This document shows positions 13,380 to 26,250 of a stretch of 64,000 nucleotides of DNA, in pieces. This stretch comes from Vicugna vicugna. Taxonomy: Eukaryota. Each line of letters opens with the position of its first letter. The stretch's first letter is position 1. The DNA lies in the NCBI GenBank assembly GCA_013265495.1, contig MU059903.1, positions 248,001-312,000 on the forward strand, in the 5' to 3' direction. Under the pieces are notes generated by a model, which ran no database searches, had not been told where the DNA came from, and worked only from the letters and a program-made list of their open reading frames with translations. The position numbers and the translations under genes were made by a program.

Positions 13380-13560
13380 CAGCGTGGGACAGTGGCTAAG
13401 GGCCGTGCTAAACCCTAGATCTGTGTGACCTGGAGGAAGTTCCTTAACATCTCTCTGCCTCCTATAAAACAGAAATAACAGCGCTGTTGTCACGGTCATG
13501 ATGGCGCGTAGGCTAGCCAGCGTGCAGCAGGAGCAGAAACGTGCCTGGCACAAAGTGAAC
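13380..13560 (+). mobile_element. MIR SINE
   Basis: agtggctaag...tgtgtgacctggaggaagttccttaacatctctctgcctc...gtgcctggcaca follows the MIR consensus order. Confidence 0.75.
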
Positions 13561-16500
13561 CCCCACGCAAGCGTCCTTTTATGTTGGGTCTTTGGGCAAA
13601 CAAATAACTCATTTGATCAGCAATTGGCTGTGCTGTCTTGGCAATTATTATGCCCACTAAGGGATTCTTGTGTAAGAAAAGCTAGCTTCTAAATTATTTC
13701 CAAATGTAATACAATGTGGATGAAAACTAAATTTAACCATTAAAGAACCTGACATGTTATGTTCCTAAAATATTTAATTAAAAAGTTTAAATTTCAGTTT
13801 TGGGGTTTGCTGACCCAATTCATTACTTTTTTATTTTCAGAACTCTTCGCGGATTTGTGAACATCCTCATAGATGTGTGAGCAGCCAATGGTCCCTGCGC
13901 CCAGGACATCCTTGGATGCTCTGAGCCACATCACCGGTGGGGCTGGGCACCAACCGCATTGCAGACAGAGATGCCGGGCAAGTCCAGAGATGCCTCTCCT
14001 TTATGACTCAGTCTTCATCAGCTCCCTCTGTCCACGGCCTCCACCCAGAGCATCGTCCCCAAACCCTCCCACAGGGCCAACGGCCGGGACAGTCGTCCCT
14101 GCCCCCCGCACTCCCGCTGGCAGGAGGGGTGTGGAGCCGGCGTGACTCCTGCAGCTCCCGTGCCGAGTCCCTGGCGCGCCGTCCCAGTCTTTCCGGCTTC
14201 ACCACCCCACCCACGGGGGCCTTGCAGCCTCTTCATCTTGACGGCACCTCTCTGCCACGCAGGCTGATGTCCGTTCTTCCAAATACAACCCGTTTACGTG
14301 TATGATTTCGTCTATCTAGTCAAGAAACTTTGAAGAGACAACTGAAAACTTACTGCATGATTAGCCTTTATTTTTATCAGATCTTTTACAAAATAAATGC
14401 CATGTCTAATACGTAACGTGATCCTTCCTACATAACCCCTACCATGTATCAACACTCACCCAAGTCTTAAAATACATGTGATTCTCAATGTGAATCCTCC
14501 TGTTAAAACCCTCCTGTCCTGGCTCCCTCCTGGGCTGCTTCTCTTAGGCCCGTCTGTGCCCAGAGATCCACTCACTTGTCTTAAAACCCTCCCATCTAGC
14601 CCTGTTAGCATCTGTGCCAGTTCCCAGAACCCCCAGCGCTGCCTGCCGAACAGAGTGTCTTCTCCTGGAGGGGGGCCACCGTACTTCAGAGGAAAAAACC
14701 CTCCTATAAAGCCCTCTTTCCCTCGTAAGCACCACTGCCTGTCACTTTGTGGCTGTGAGACACTCGGTGTCACTTTCCCTCACGTCCCCTGAGTATGCTG
14801 CTTGCAATGCTCTGAAGGGCACTTAACAGCACGGGCCCTGGGTGGCCCGGAGACTCCCTGTCGCTGGGAGGAAGCCGTGAGCGGAGGCAACTGGCCCAGA
14901 CGTGCTGACACTGCCGTTCACCCCTACCCTGGAATGACACGGACACACAAAAAGGCACAGCAGTGAACGCGCGGCGACTCCCGCTGGCCGCGCAGCTTGT
15001 TATGCCACATCAGTGGGGAGGTGCCCACGGGCGTGCCGTTAGCTCTTCGACCTAATGCCCATCTCACAGGCACCCTGACTCCGCCTCTGCTTGCAGACCT
15101 CAGGCCCGGTCCCCCTGGGCGGTTAACGGGAAAAGAGGCCTGGCCCACCTGATCCTGTGCCTTCCTGAGAAGACGCTCGGGCTGTCAGTGATCTTCCAAC
15201 CGGCAGGGACCCTCATCCGTGCCGGAAGGATGTCGAGACTTCGCTCGTCCCAAAGAGCAGCCTCTCACTACTCGACTCCCTCCGAGAAGGCGACTCACCT
15301 CAGCCCCGTCCCACCAAGCCCCAGGAGCACAGTTCTCCAACCTCCTTCCAGGGTTCTCAGAGGCTGAGATGCACGTGTGAGTGTGAGCCAGTGCTCCCGG
15401 CTCCCGCAGGGTCCTGCAGCCTCTGCTGTGAAGGGGAGCTCTGGGGCAGAAGCGAGCCGGAGGGAACACGGCCCTCAGAACTGACACTCTGAGGGTAAAC
15501 ACACAGCAGCACAGCAGGGGACTTGGCAACAGAACCGCATGGCTTCCAATCAGGTGCCCACGGGAGGAAACGACCCACGCCGGTCTGCCTGCCTATCCGT
15601 CTACCACCCCCCACCCCGCCACCCATCCGTCTAGTGGTAACACACAGCAGCCAAAGCTGCACCTCCTTGGATCTTTCAGGGGCCCTTCTCCCATCTGCAG
15701 TGACTCTGCATCCTCGAAGGAGGGGGTCGCAGGTCTGGAGAACAGAAAGAAGGGGGGAGGAGCCGTCACGAGGAGGTGTTTCCCCAGGACCCCTGCTGTC
15801 TCAGGGCTGTGGCCCTCTAAGGCCGTCCCAGCCAGCCCCGAGGAGCCTTCCTTCTCAGGAGGACTGATGCAATGGCACGGCGGTGATGCCGTGGGGACAG
15901 CAGCTGTGGCAGGAGTGCTCATGGTCACTGGGCCTGTCCTGTGTCTCATGATGCTGTCCCAGGTTCTCTGCAGCTGAAGCCCCACACCGACAAAGTCCTA
16001 CTGTGAAGTAGCAAGTGGACACACCGTGCTCCAGAAGAGAACGGTCGCTCCATCACTGGCAGCGTCTCTGCAGGAGCATGCGGGCTGCCAGCATGCCACA
16101 TCCTTCATGCCCTCCGCAAGTGGGTTCTGCCACTCACCCCCCAGAGACCACGCCTGGCGACAGTGGGCCCAGCTGAGGCCCTCCGTTCACTCCCGCCCCG
16201 TCCTTCCTCCAGGCAGCTCCTCCAAGCCCGCTCACAGGGACGCACGCCATCCGCACAACTCCACCTTCGATCTGGAACCTCCTCCGGGGCAGGGTTTTCT
16301 GGCCCCTCCCAAACCCAGCCTCTTCCAGCGTCAGCTCCATGAAACCTTCCTGAGATCGCCTTCGGCTTCTACTTTCCTTCCTTCCAACTGGAGAGCAGCG
16401 GTGTGTGTCAGAGGAAGCAGTGGCACCAGAAGGCAGACAAGTATTCCAAACACAAGAGCAATGCGCTAGGGTCCCAGCTGTCACTGGCTGTCCGAGTGAG

Positions 16501-16669
16501 CCTCAGTGGGCGACTCGGCCGCTCAGGCCCCCGCTTCCTCTTCGCAAGGGGCGAGGCCCACGTGAGCACTGCGACCCTGGGATGGCTCAAGCGACAAGGG
16601 GCCACGTGAGTTTACAGGACAAGGAAGGGAGGCACTGGCGGGCGGAAGCCGGGAAGTGTCCAGAGAGCT

Positions 16670-16702
16670 GGGCCGGGGGTGGGGGGAGGCTGGGCTGGGG
16701 GG
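16670..16702 (+). other. Canonical G-quadruplex-forming motif
   Basis: Five G-tracts of 3-6 nt with loops of 1-5 nt: GGGccGGGGGtGGGGGGaggctGGGctGGGGGG. Confidence 0.6.
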
Positions 16703-17084
16703 TCAGTGTACGAAGGGCCTGGGCCGACTCCTCCTTTTGAGGTGGGGTGGCCGCTCACATGAGAAAACAGGAGATGGCAGGTCCCTCAAACCCCTCCTCC
16801 TTTTCTTGGTCTTCTGACTCGACACCTTCAGTCCATAGCAAACAGGGAGGTGAAGGGCCCCTTCCAGGCCACACCTGCCCATGTGACATGGTCACCCCCG
16901 GGCGGAGCTGGACACAGCCGGTGCCCGAGCTGCAGACCCGCTGCGGTGCTTCCAACTCTGCCCGCTCGGAGCGGTGACTGCCGCCCACCAGGCACCGAGC
17001 GGACGTCCCGCATCTCCGGGCGCTGCGATGAGGCCGTCTTACACACGAGGAAGCCCCGTGCCAAGACGACAGGGGAAGAGGCAG

Positions 17085-18130
17085 CAATGGGTCTTAGATT
17101 TACAAGAAAAAGTGTGAAAACAGCACAGAAATAACACATACCCTGCACCCAGGTTCTCCTGTTCTTAGCATCTTGCACGGGATGGGACATTTGTTACAGC
17201 TAATGAACCAGGATCAATGCGTTACTATTAACTACAGTCCGTACTTTATTCAGATTCCTTAGTTTTCACCTAACGTCCTTATTCTGTGAGAAGGTCCCAT
17301 CCTGACACCACGTGACATTTAGCTGTCGCGTCTCCTCAGGGTCCTCTCAGCTGTGACGGCCTCTCAGGCTCCCCGTTTCAGTGACCGGGACGGGTAATGG
17401 TCAGGTGTTCCGCAGGGTGCGGCTCGCCAGGAGCTCATCTGCCGTTTCTGTCGCCACTAGATGGGGGTGCCTTGCTCACCGTGTGGTATCTCGGGAGCAC
17501 GCCGTCCACCGTGACCATGGATCTTGGCCTCGGTCACCTGGCGGAGGTGTGTTCGTCAGATGGCCCCGGCACAGTCCTTTCTCCCGCCACACTCGAGGAA
17601 GGGGGGCTAGGCTCCGCCTCCTGGGGGGGCACCTACGTAAATCATCTCGGATTCGTCTGCTGGGGGAGCTGCCTTCTCGCCACTGGTTTACTCAGTCAGT
17701 CACTGACCACATCCATATAGATTCCCACACGTTTATTTTATATGTTGTAATCCAGTGCTACTTTATTCAGGGTGTTTCTCAAACTGCTCCAGCTTTGACC
17801 ACGGGAAGGTCTTCGGTGTCCCTGTGACACCCCTTGTCATCGTGAGGGGTTTTCTCAGCCGTCCTCACCTGCTGGCCCAACACAACGCCCCAGGCTCATC
17901 TTGTATGTTCCCTATGCAAGTTCCCCGCCTTGGAATCAGCTGTTTGTCTTGGGAGACCCAGCTCCCTTCACTGGACAGTGGTTATTAGAGACCAAGATCT
18001 AGGTGCTAGTGTGTGTGGTGTTACCAGGATCGCACTGCTCCCAGGCCCTCTGAGCTGACACAGCAGAGAAACGCGTGTGTGCTCGCCTGCATAGAACACC
18101 ACCAGCATTTCTGTGCGCACCACCTGTGTC
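17085..18130 (-). mobile_element. L1MC-class 3' end fragment, GC-shifted
   Basis: catttagctgtcgcgtctcctcag, ggtcacctggcggaggtg, taatccagtgctactttatt and agagaccaagatctaggtgcta match recalled antisense L1MC 3' UTR segments. Confidence 0.75.
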
Positions 18131-20886
18131 TGCTTAAGTGAAAGACAGGTTTACACCCAGGTCTCCAGCTCTAGCCCAGCCAGCGCCACTCCTGCTTACG
18201 CATAACCTCCACTCCGACACGGAGGGACTCAGAACCGGGACTTAATCTGGGGCTTTCTAACTGCCATCCACACCCATAACCACTATACAGACTGCCCCCC
18301 AGTTACAGTGATTAAATGGACATAATCAGTGCACATAATAAAATGCAGCTTCTAGAACATAACAGGCCCTTGGTAAGCAAGCCCACATCCCGCACCCAGC
18401 CCACACGTGCCACCCTGCCTGCAGCGGGCTTGCCACCATGTCCACAACGGTCACCCCTGCAGGGCCCATCCTGGCTGGGCCAGCCCAGTCTTCCGCCATC
18501 TCCCTTCCTCCCGAGTCAACCTCCAAAGCCCTTCCCTCACCCCACGCACAGCCACCTATGGGATGGACGGTCTCCCTTCTTCCTTCCTGGCAAGACTGGC
18601 CCTTGTGGTGACCGTGCGCCCAGGGAGAGCTCCACTCGCAGTCTCCCCAGGGCTGTCGTGCGATCGGGGCCCGGACAGTGGGCTGTAGAGAAGCTGCTGA
18701 GGGGAAGGGGCACCTCCAGGGAAGCTTTCAGGGGCACCTTGGTTGGCACACCCCATTCCTGCCTGAAAAGGCAGTCGGTGCTGACAGTGGCTCTGCCGTC
18801 CAGAGACCACACGGCAACCAGCTCGTGCTAACCACACAAGCAGAGCACGAAAGACCGGGGCTCCTCGGCGCGCGGCAGGACCAGAGCCCAGCCGGCACTC
18901 AGGACTCCTGACCTGGCCTGTCAGGGCAGACAAACCCCTAACCACTGCCACCTTCTGCTCGTGTCAGCTCAGCGCAAACCTGAGACGCACTGGCTGGGGA
19001 CTCTCTCTTGCTCTGTGCCTCCCGACCGGGTGGGGTCCTTTCACTCAATTTCCATTTCCTGTCGAGTCCAAGCCACAGCAACGAATATTTTGAGGCCAAA
19101 TAAATGACTTGGCCCTCTTCTAGCTCTTTGAAGAGTCACTTGAGACTTTTCTTCTCAGAAACACAGACACGGCCGTCACGCGATACTCAGTGACTGTGGT
19201 GACTGAGTAAACACAGTCAGGAGGCACTACTGCCTTGAAGGGGAGTCAGAGCTGTCTCACCACTTAACACGGCGCACTGCCGCGACCGCTCTGTCTGGAC
19301 TTGCAGAGTCCTGGGTCCTCGTGCTCTCCAGGCCCCCGCCCCGAACCAGGGCTCCCGGCGGAGGGGGCGTGGGCGGCCGCAGGAACAGACCCAGGACCTG
19401 GCCCCTCTGCTGGCCTGTGTCCTCGCCCTCCTGCTCCAGAGCATCAGGGCCTCACCGGGACACCAGGAGACCACTGCGAGGAAAAGGGAGGGTCCCCGCT
19501 GCGGGTGGGGCAGACAGGTGCCTGGTGCTGGACCTTCAGTGTGCGGGAGTGTGAGAGGGAGACAGACAGAGGGAGGAAGGGCGTGGGGAAGGGCGGGGGC
19601 TCCGAGGCAGAGAGGATGAGGTTGTAGGAAAGTTAGGGAACCCACTGCATTGCTGCTGCTTACAGACATGAATAAAGTAAAGGAAAATGGGAGGAGCGGT
19701 TTGGCTCCATGGCAGTGAACTCATCACTGTCATTTATGGGACTGCTCGCCGTTCACGTAACTCCCATACCAAAGATGGCTGCTGTGTGAGGCGTCCCCAC
19801 GTGCTGGCGAGCTTTATTAGATCGCAGTGCAAACCCTGGCGCTCCATGCCTGCTCCGTGGTTTCACCGAGCCTCGGTCCGAAGCGTTCACTGGGATCAGC
19901 ACGGGGACTGGGGCTAGGAGAGGGGTGGCCAGTGACGTGGGCTCACGCCGCGGGCCCCAAGAGGTGAGCGCTGAGCAAGGCAGGAGCACTATCGCCGGGA
20001 CCTCCTCACTCACAACCCTACTGGGGCGCCTAAGTCTCAGCACGAGACTAGAGAAGGACGGGGTCGGGAAGATGGGCATGTCCGACACCAGCAGCCCGGG
20101 ATCAGGCGTTGACAGAAGTCACACTGCTGTTACGGCTTCTTAACTCCATCAGGGCCCAACGCTCAACCTTTGTGAGGCTCGCTTTCCTTGCCTTTTACAC
20201 TATGAATACTATCTACCTGCGAGGATTTTTCCGAGGGTTATAGAAGATACTGTCTCAAAGAATGTTCCAAAGTTGCTGGGACCTACCAGGTGGTTATTAA
20301 AGACTGTGTCTTTATGTACCATTACCACGTTGTATTATGTATTTACATATTACATGTATTCTGTTCAGTCTGTCACTGATTAAAAATTTGAGAGAGGGGA
20401 AAGACGACAGTGGGACGTTCTCAGGGAACCAGGGCCGCTAGTCCAGGAAGACTGGTGTGGTGGTGTGAGCGGCTTCTGGGAGGTTCTGTCTGTCCCTGTA
20501 GACCGAATTAGAGGGGCCCCTGTTCCGCCGGGATCTCTCGGGGAGCCCTGCACCGGGAGCATCAGCTTCTGGGGCTCCGGTTACTGAGGAAATAACGGGG
20601 TGTGCTGTGGTCTCTAAAGCTTCGGCCCGTCCTGCCATTCCAGTGGCCTGAATGGGGTTCTGGTTAGCCTGAAGGGGGGAGACCTGTGACTGCCAGGATG
20701 GGGCAACCCCAGGAACGAACGTCGTGGCTGGTCTGGAGTCCCTGCTCTTAGACACGCACAGGGAGCGCAGAGATGCTGTCTCGCTGGACACAGGAGCCCC
20801 AGCTTCGTCCTTTCCCTAAACGCACGTAAATCAGGTAGTCCCAACCGCGTGGTCTCTTGTGACGTGTGTGCTGGTAACAACTGCCT

Positions 20887-20995
20887 CTTTTCAAAAGTTT
20901 TCTGTTTTTCCCCTCGATGGAGGCACTGGGGGTTGAACCCAGGACCTCGTGCACGCCTAGCGTGCGCTCCACCACTAAAATCCCCACTCCCAGCC
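20887..20995 (-). mobile_element. tRNA-derived SINE of camelid (vic-1-like) type
   Basis: Minus strand reads agtggtggagcgcacgctaggcgtgcacgaggtcctgggttcaacccccagtgcctcc followed by an A-rich tail; pol III B-box GGTTCAACCC is intact. Confidence 0.8.
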
Positions 20996-23900
20996 CCAAC
21001 AACTGCTTCTTGATTCCTGTTTCCTTGCTAAGGAAGGGAGAAGGACAAACATATCTGGGCGGCGCAGGGCATCACGTCGCTCGCTCCATCTCTGCGTCCT
21101 TCAGCACAGGCCATCCTGGGCTAGCATCACCACAGCTCGCGGGACCTGGGGGGCAGAGCTGAACTTAGAGCTGCACCTTGAACTCCTCCAAGGTGGACAG
21201 GAAATCGTGCTGGATAAGGCTGAGGGTGGAAACCCCCGTGAAGAAGAGCCCAGAAGTGCAGGCGCTGGAACCTCGTTCCGACGGGACCATCCTACACACG
21301 AAGCCACTTCCAAGGCCTCCCGAGTCGCTGAGCTGGGATCGCACGCCTGCCGGCCGACGCCCCACCTTGGCTACACTGCTCATCCCCCGGCTCACTCTGT
21401 GCTTCAGCTACCATCTTTGGCTTCAAAAAGCAACGTACCTGCTTACGCGTGTCTGATAATTAGCCAGTTAACCTCAGCTCCTGCTTCCTATCTGCAGCCT
21501 TGATTTCTAAGCTCTAAAAGATCATAAGTTGTTTTGTTTCAAGTACTTTATATGGTGCTCACCAGCAGCCACGGGAGACAAACGCTCTTAATAATAATGG
21601 AATTATGTTCAGTGTGGAGGCATCACCTCCAGTCCCTGAGGCCCCGGTGCCGACACGGGCTTCTCACCGGCCTCCTGCAGTAAATCCACGTGTGATATCA
21701 TCTCACCCCAGCGTAGCCCAGAGTCATCTTTGTTATGCATACTGCGGATTCTCAAAGTCATACACAGAGTTTAAATATTAATTTGCTTTTCTGTGTATTC
21801 TAATTCCAGAACACCAAGCAAAAGCTCAGTGATTGGTGACTGTTATCACGTTATTTAAATATAGCATGTATTTACTTGGTAATACACAGTCATTTTTCTC
21901 GGTTGTATATGTAATAAATACACCCCCGATCCATAATTCTCCATGATATTTATCTGAGTGATATAAACATTCCTCTGAATAATAATGCTTGTGTAACCTC
22001 CCATGACAGTTTGTCCATTAAAAAGGAAGTTAAACATACAAAGGTATGGGAAAATCACCCCGAGGAAACAATGAACTCAGCAAGTCCAAGGAAGAAAGTG
22101 AAAGACGACTTCCGTGAAGCCTTCGCTCCCTTCTCAGTTTCCCATGATTCATCACTTTTCACCCAGATGTGGCTGGCAGCCCCCTGCACCCGTGTGTGCA
22201 CAGACCCCTGCTGATCACATGCGGGCATCGAGGGAGCCGCCCAGACGAGGGCCATGTCCCAGGTCAGGCAGGAGCCAAGTTTCGGGAGAACGAATGCTGC
22301 GCCTCTCTGGGAGGTGCCTCTCTGATATCCAAGTGCCCAATTATTCACTTTAATATGTTCCCCCAAATTAGTTCTCCTAAGAAGCTCTACCCCATCTCCA
22401 CCAGACTTTCTCTTTTTGCTACTGCACACACCAGTGTAACAAGGAGTGATCAGGCGTGTATGTGGTCAGAGGTACACTTAGCAATACACTGTTGTTTTAA
22501 AAGCAGCCACATGTTGACATTCAAACTTACATTTTTTTTTTCTGGAGGAAAACTGGAGAGTTTATCCTGAAGTGGCAACAACAACGCTGTGAGGTGAATG
22601 ACTCGCTCAGATACGTTGTCCACAAGTTGCTTTTTCTTTTACTATTTAATAACGTCTGGCAGCAAATCTGCCTTCAATTGCCATTTCATTGAAGTCATTT
22701 GAATTAAGTAAGTCAATTAAATTACTTGAAATACGGCCACAACGACTTGTTAATTCTCCTAAAAGGAGGGAGAAAGGTTTAAATCGGGAGGAGAAATCTT
22801 ACGTCTTCAAAGCAACATTTACCGTTATTTTCTGGATGATGAAGAAAAGCTAGACCCCCGTAAAATAAAATGTCCCCCAGTTAAGAAGCAGAGCTCACGC
22901 CTCCTCGCCGGTGAGTCTGCCTGAACCCAGCCTGGGCGGCTCTCGGTTCAGTCACACGCGTGAAAAGGCAGTGCCCTTGCAGCCTTGAAGCAAACGTCGT
23001 CACTTAAAAGCCCTCCTAGTGACGTCCTCCAAATCGGCACCCAGACGGCCGTTAGGGTGAGCGCCACCCCGAAGCCTGCGCATCACCACCGGGGGCCTAA
23101 CCGCTGCTGCCCTGGCCCGGCTCCACCCACCAGCAGCCCGGGCCCAGGGATGGGGGTTACCGGCCGACACGGGGCGGGGGGGGGGAAGCTGGAGCTTGTC
23201 TGCGGGGTAGGGTGGGGGGAAACCTCACAGGGGCCCAGCACCCAGAGAGTGGGTGGTCCTCAAACTGACTCAGAGTAGGAGCCAAGCTCAGGGGCGGGGG
23301 GCCGGGGTGCTGTCTGGAAGCTGCCGACTTTGGAGTCTGGCCTTTCTAACTGCCCCCTCCTCCCCTGCGGGCTCTCACGCTATGGTGACAACGAACAGTA
23401 ACTACTGAGACCCTCCCGCAGGACATGGCTCTACATTCTTAAACAGTAGTATTAATCCATCCAGGACAATCAGAATTTCCCTCCAAATGCAGTAGAGGGT
23501 TCTGCACACCTGCTTGCTCGCGATCTGCCGTTTTGGTTCTCGTTTTTGTTTTGTTCTATAGCTATAAACGTCGATTACAGGGTCAAACTCCCAATTCTCA
23601 ATTGCACTATATGCAAGGGACTGAAGAGAGGAAAAGATAACTTTTGCTCACACACGAGCGAGCTGGTCTCATACAAAGATAGGAAGCAGCAACGTGTGAA
23701 GTTCGCCTTTGGAAACTTCTCGCCTTCCCTCTCCCCCTCCTCCCAAAGCCTGAGGCTTCCACACAGGCTCGACCCAGCCAGACGTCTGGCCAGGGCCTCG
23801 GACCCGCCCCCTTGCGGGTGTGCACCTGCCCTGGGCTTCATGACCTCGGAGCCTCAGGACTGGCCTCCTGCTCCAGCAATCAGACACGTGAAAGCCGTTA

Positions 23901-25929
23901 CCAGGCAACGATGGTGGATGGAGTCATCATCCCTGAATGACCAGAATTAAATGAAAAGGGAATTCGTGGAAGGTGAGGGAGGATGGGCTCTTATTGGTGA
24001 CCCTTGGTGTGGCCGTTCACTTCTGGTCGGTACCAGCCCATTAACCTTGTTTCTACAGCTGGTAGTGAATCCAAAATGCGGAGCATGTAAGTGTGTGCTT
24101 TAATTCCTCCCCCTCATCTCCCGAATTTATATGCTTAGCTTCTAAATCCACAGTTGCAAACAGAACATTCTTTGTGGGCAAGGTGTCTCAAGCAGCCCTG
24201 AGCCACGCTTTCCCCATTTACACGGATGAGAAAACTCTTCCTTCTAGGGTGTTCTGCACTTACGCCCCGTGACTTTCATGGTGGAGGGAAAGTCAGTCAG
24301 GATCCCCAAGTTGTCACCTTATCAGGTAGAAGATCCTGAGAAGTGGGTCACCCAGCCTGGCAGAGGTGGCGCTGGGCACCCAGGTCGTTACGAGCCAGGC
24401 TGATGGAACCGTTCCTGCTCGTGGAGCGAGGAAGGTGGAGCAGGCGCATCAGTGTCTCCGTCTCCCTAAACGCACTGGTGGGACAGCAGACGCGGCTCTC
24501 CGTAAGGCTCTCTCTAACCAAGCGCCAGTATCTGACAGCCCACGGAGTTCTCAGATTCGGAGCCAGCAAGGAAGAGAACAGAAGTAAATGAAGTTTTAAA
24601 ATAAAAATGTTTACTGCCAGTATTTCAAGCCCGACACAAGGAAAGCCGCTTCCCTCGTCCCTGCAAGCCAAGATGCAGCAGCCTTTTAAGTGTCTTCCAT
24701 TCTCCTACTTCTCGCTGGCTTTACCTGAGAGATGAGTGTACTTAAGGGAACGGCACAGATGATCTTAATAAGACAGGTGCTTTGAACGTACGGGAAGGTC
24801 GTTCCTATTACTTCAATTAACAGCAGAAGCTGCAAAACACACGAGGGCGAATTAATTTAAAGCTTCCATTTAATGCTCCCAGTGAGGACATCTTTGGGCC
24901 CCCTGGTTGTCTTGGCAACTCCAGCTTCCCGGCCAGCAAAGGCAGCCTCTGCCGGCTCCCTTCTCGGCATACACACAGCTCAGATGGTACATTAGCAAAG
25001 AATATGATGTCCATGTAAATGTTGAGATATTTTCGTTGCCATAGAAATAGGAAGAATGGCAAAAACACAGGAGTACTTGACATACTCTGAGGCAGACTTT
25101 TAATTTTGAAAAGTCTCGAACGACACTGCCAAGATGGCCGAATGCACCGTGGGGCTTTTATGCTCACTCACGACACGCAGAAGCCCCCCCGTCCAAATAA
25201 CGTGGGCACAATCGAAGATTCCTGGCTGAACAGCCAGTGAGGAGGCACAGAGCTGCCGAGGGACGCGATGGCCATGATCGCTGTCCTTTCATGGAGCACA
25301 GAAAAAGAAGGGAGGAAGGACAGAGGAGACAGTTCACCACTTTAGTTATGTGCTTCTTCCGAGACAGGGAGCCAGATCAGGGACCGTTTTCTAGACTTCC
25401 CTGCTGTGGAACCTGGAGCACTGGCAAGAACAACCTGAACGTGCCGTGATCCCTCTCCCTGCCAGCCCCCCCGTCTGTGGCACAGACCGTACAACCTCCT
25501 CGGGGGAGGCAGCCTGTGAAACATGGGGACGTGCCCGCCCTCCTGCAGCAAAGGTGGCGGGGTGGCGGGGGTGCAGCGGGTGATGGCCACTGTGTTCCAA
25601 ACAGTGAACAGAGCTTCTCAGACCTGTTCTGAAGCACTAGGGGAGGGGGGAGAATTTTGCTTTTCTCCAAAATTAATATTTAATGTTTACAAAAACTGTA
25701 GAAGTTTCCATGACTTCCATCAAAGGCAACTGCTTCTAAACGTTTCCTAAATTGGTTACAGCCAGAGTTGAGAAATGCTTGCAACCACGTTCACTACGGC
25801 GCCCATGAGTGATGGGAGAGTGTGGCGAGGACAGCAGAGGAGGCCGAGGGCCAGTGGAAGGCGGCTGTCTGACCTCCTGGCAGCCACGGTCAGTCTACCA
25901 ACCGCTTTTTCCTCCTGGTAACTCGCTCT

Positions 25930-26250
25930 GACCTTGACTCACTCTAATTCTTTCTCCTCCATCCACGGGAGTGTCCACGGTCTCCCGAGCTCTGTCCTCC
26001 TCCTGCAGAATCTCGTCCATGTTCTCACGGTCGGCCATCCTCTAGCCAGATGCCCAGTTGCCCGGAACCCGCCCCTGATCTCTAGGCATATCGCTAACTG
26101 GTCTTCCCCGCCTGAATGTTCCATCCCAAACTGGACACATCACAGATCACCTTGCTGTCTTCCTTCCCCTTCCACCAGATTCCCTCCTCTGTCTCCACCC
26201 TCCATGTCCACACACATGATAATCTAAGTCTCAGTCTCCTCTCTGCCTTG
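25930..26250 (+). mobile_element. L2 LINE fragment
   Basis: C/T-rich L2-like segments (ctaactggtcttccccgcctgaatgttccatcccaaact). Confidence 0.55.

Noticed and set aside
17453-17467. CTCF-like gccactagatggggg (also weak matches near 45546 and 63872)
   Set aside because: Mismatches at informative core positions; G-rich DNA gives many such near-matches.
20887-20995. Possible tRNA gene
   Set aside because: No acceptor stem, and it has an A-rich tail; it is a SINE.
22831-22930. C/D-box snoRNA-like ATGATGA...CTGA with ctgg/ccag ends
   Set aside because: The stem register is wrong for a kink-turn, no C'/D' boxes or guide sequence are evident, and it is not part of a cluster.
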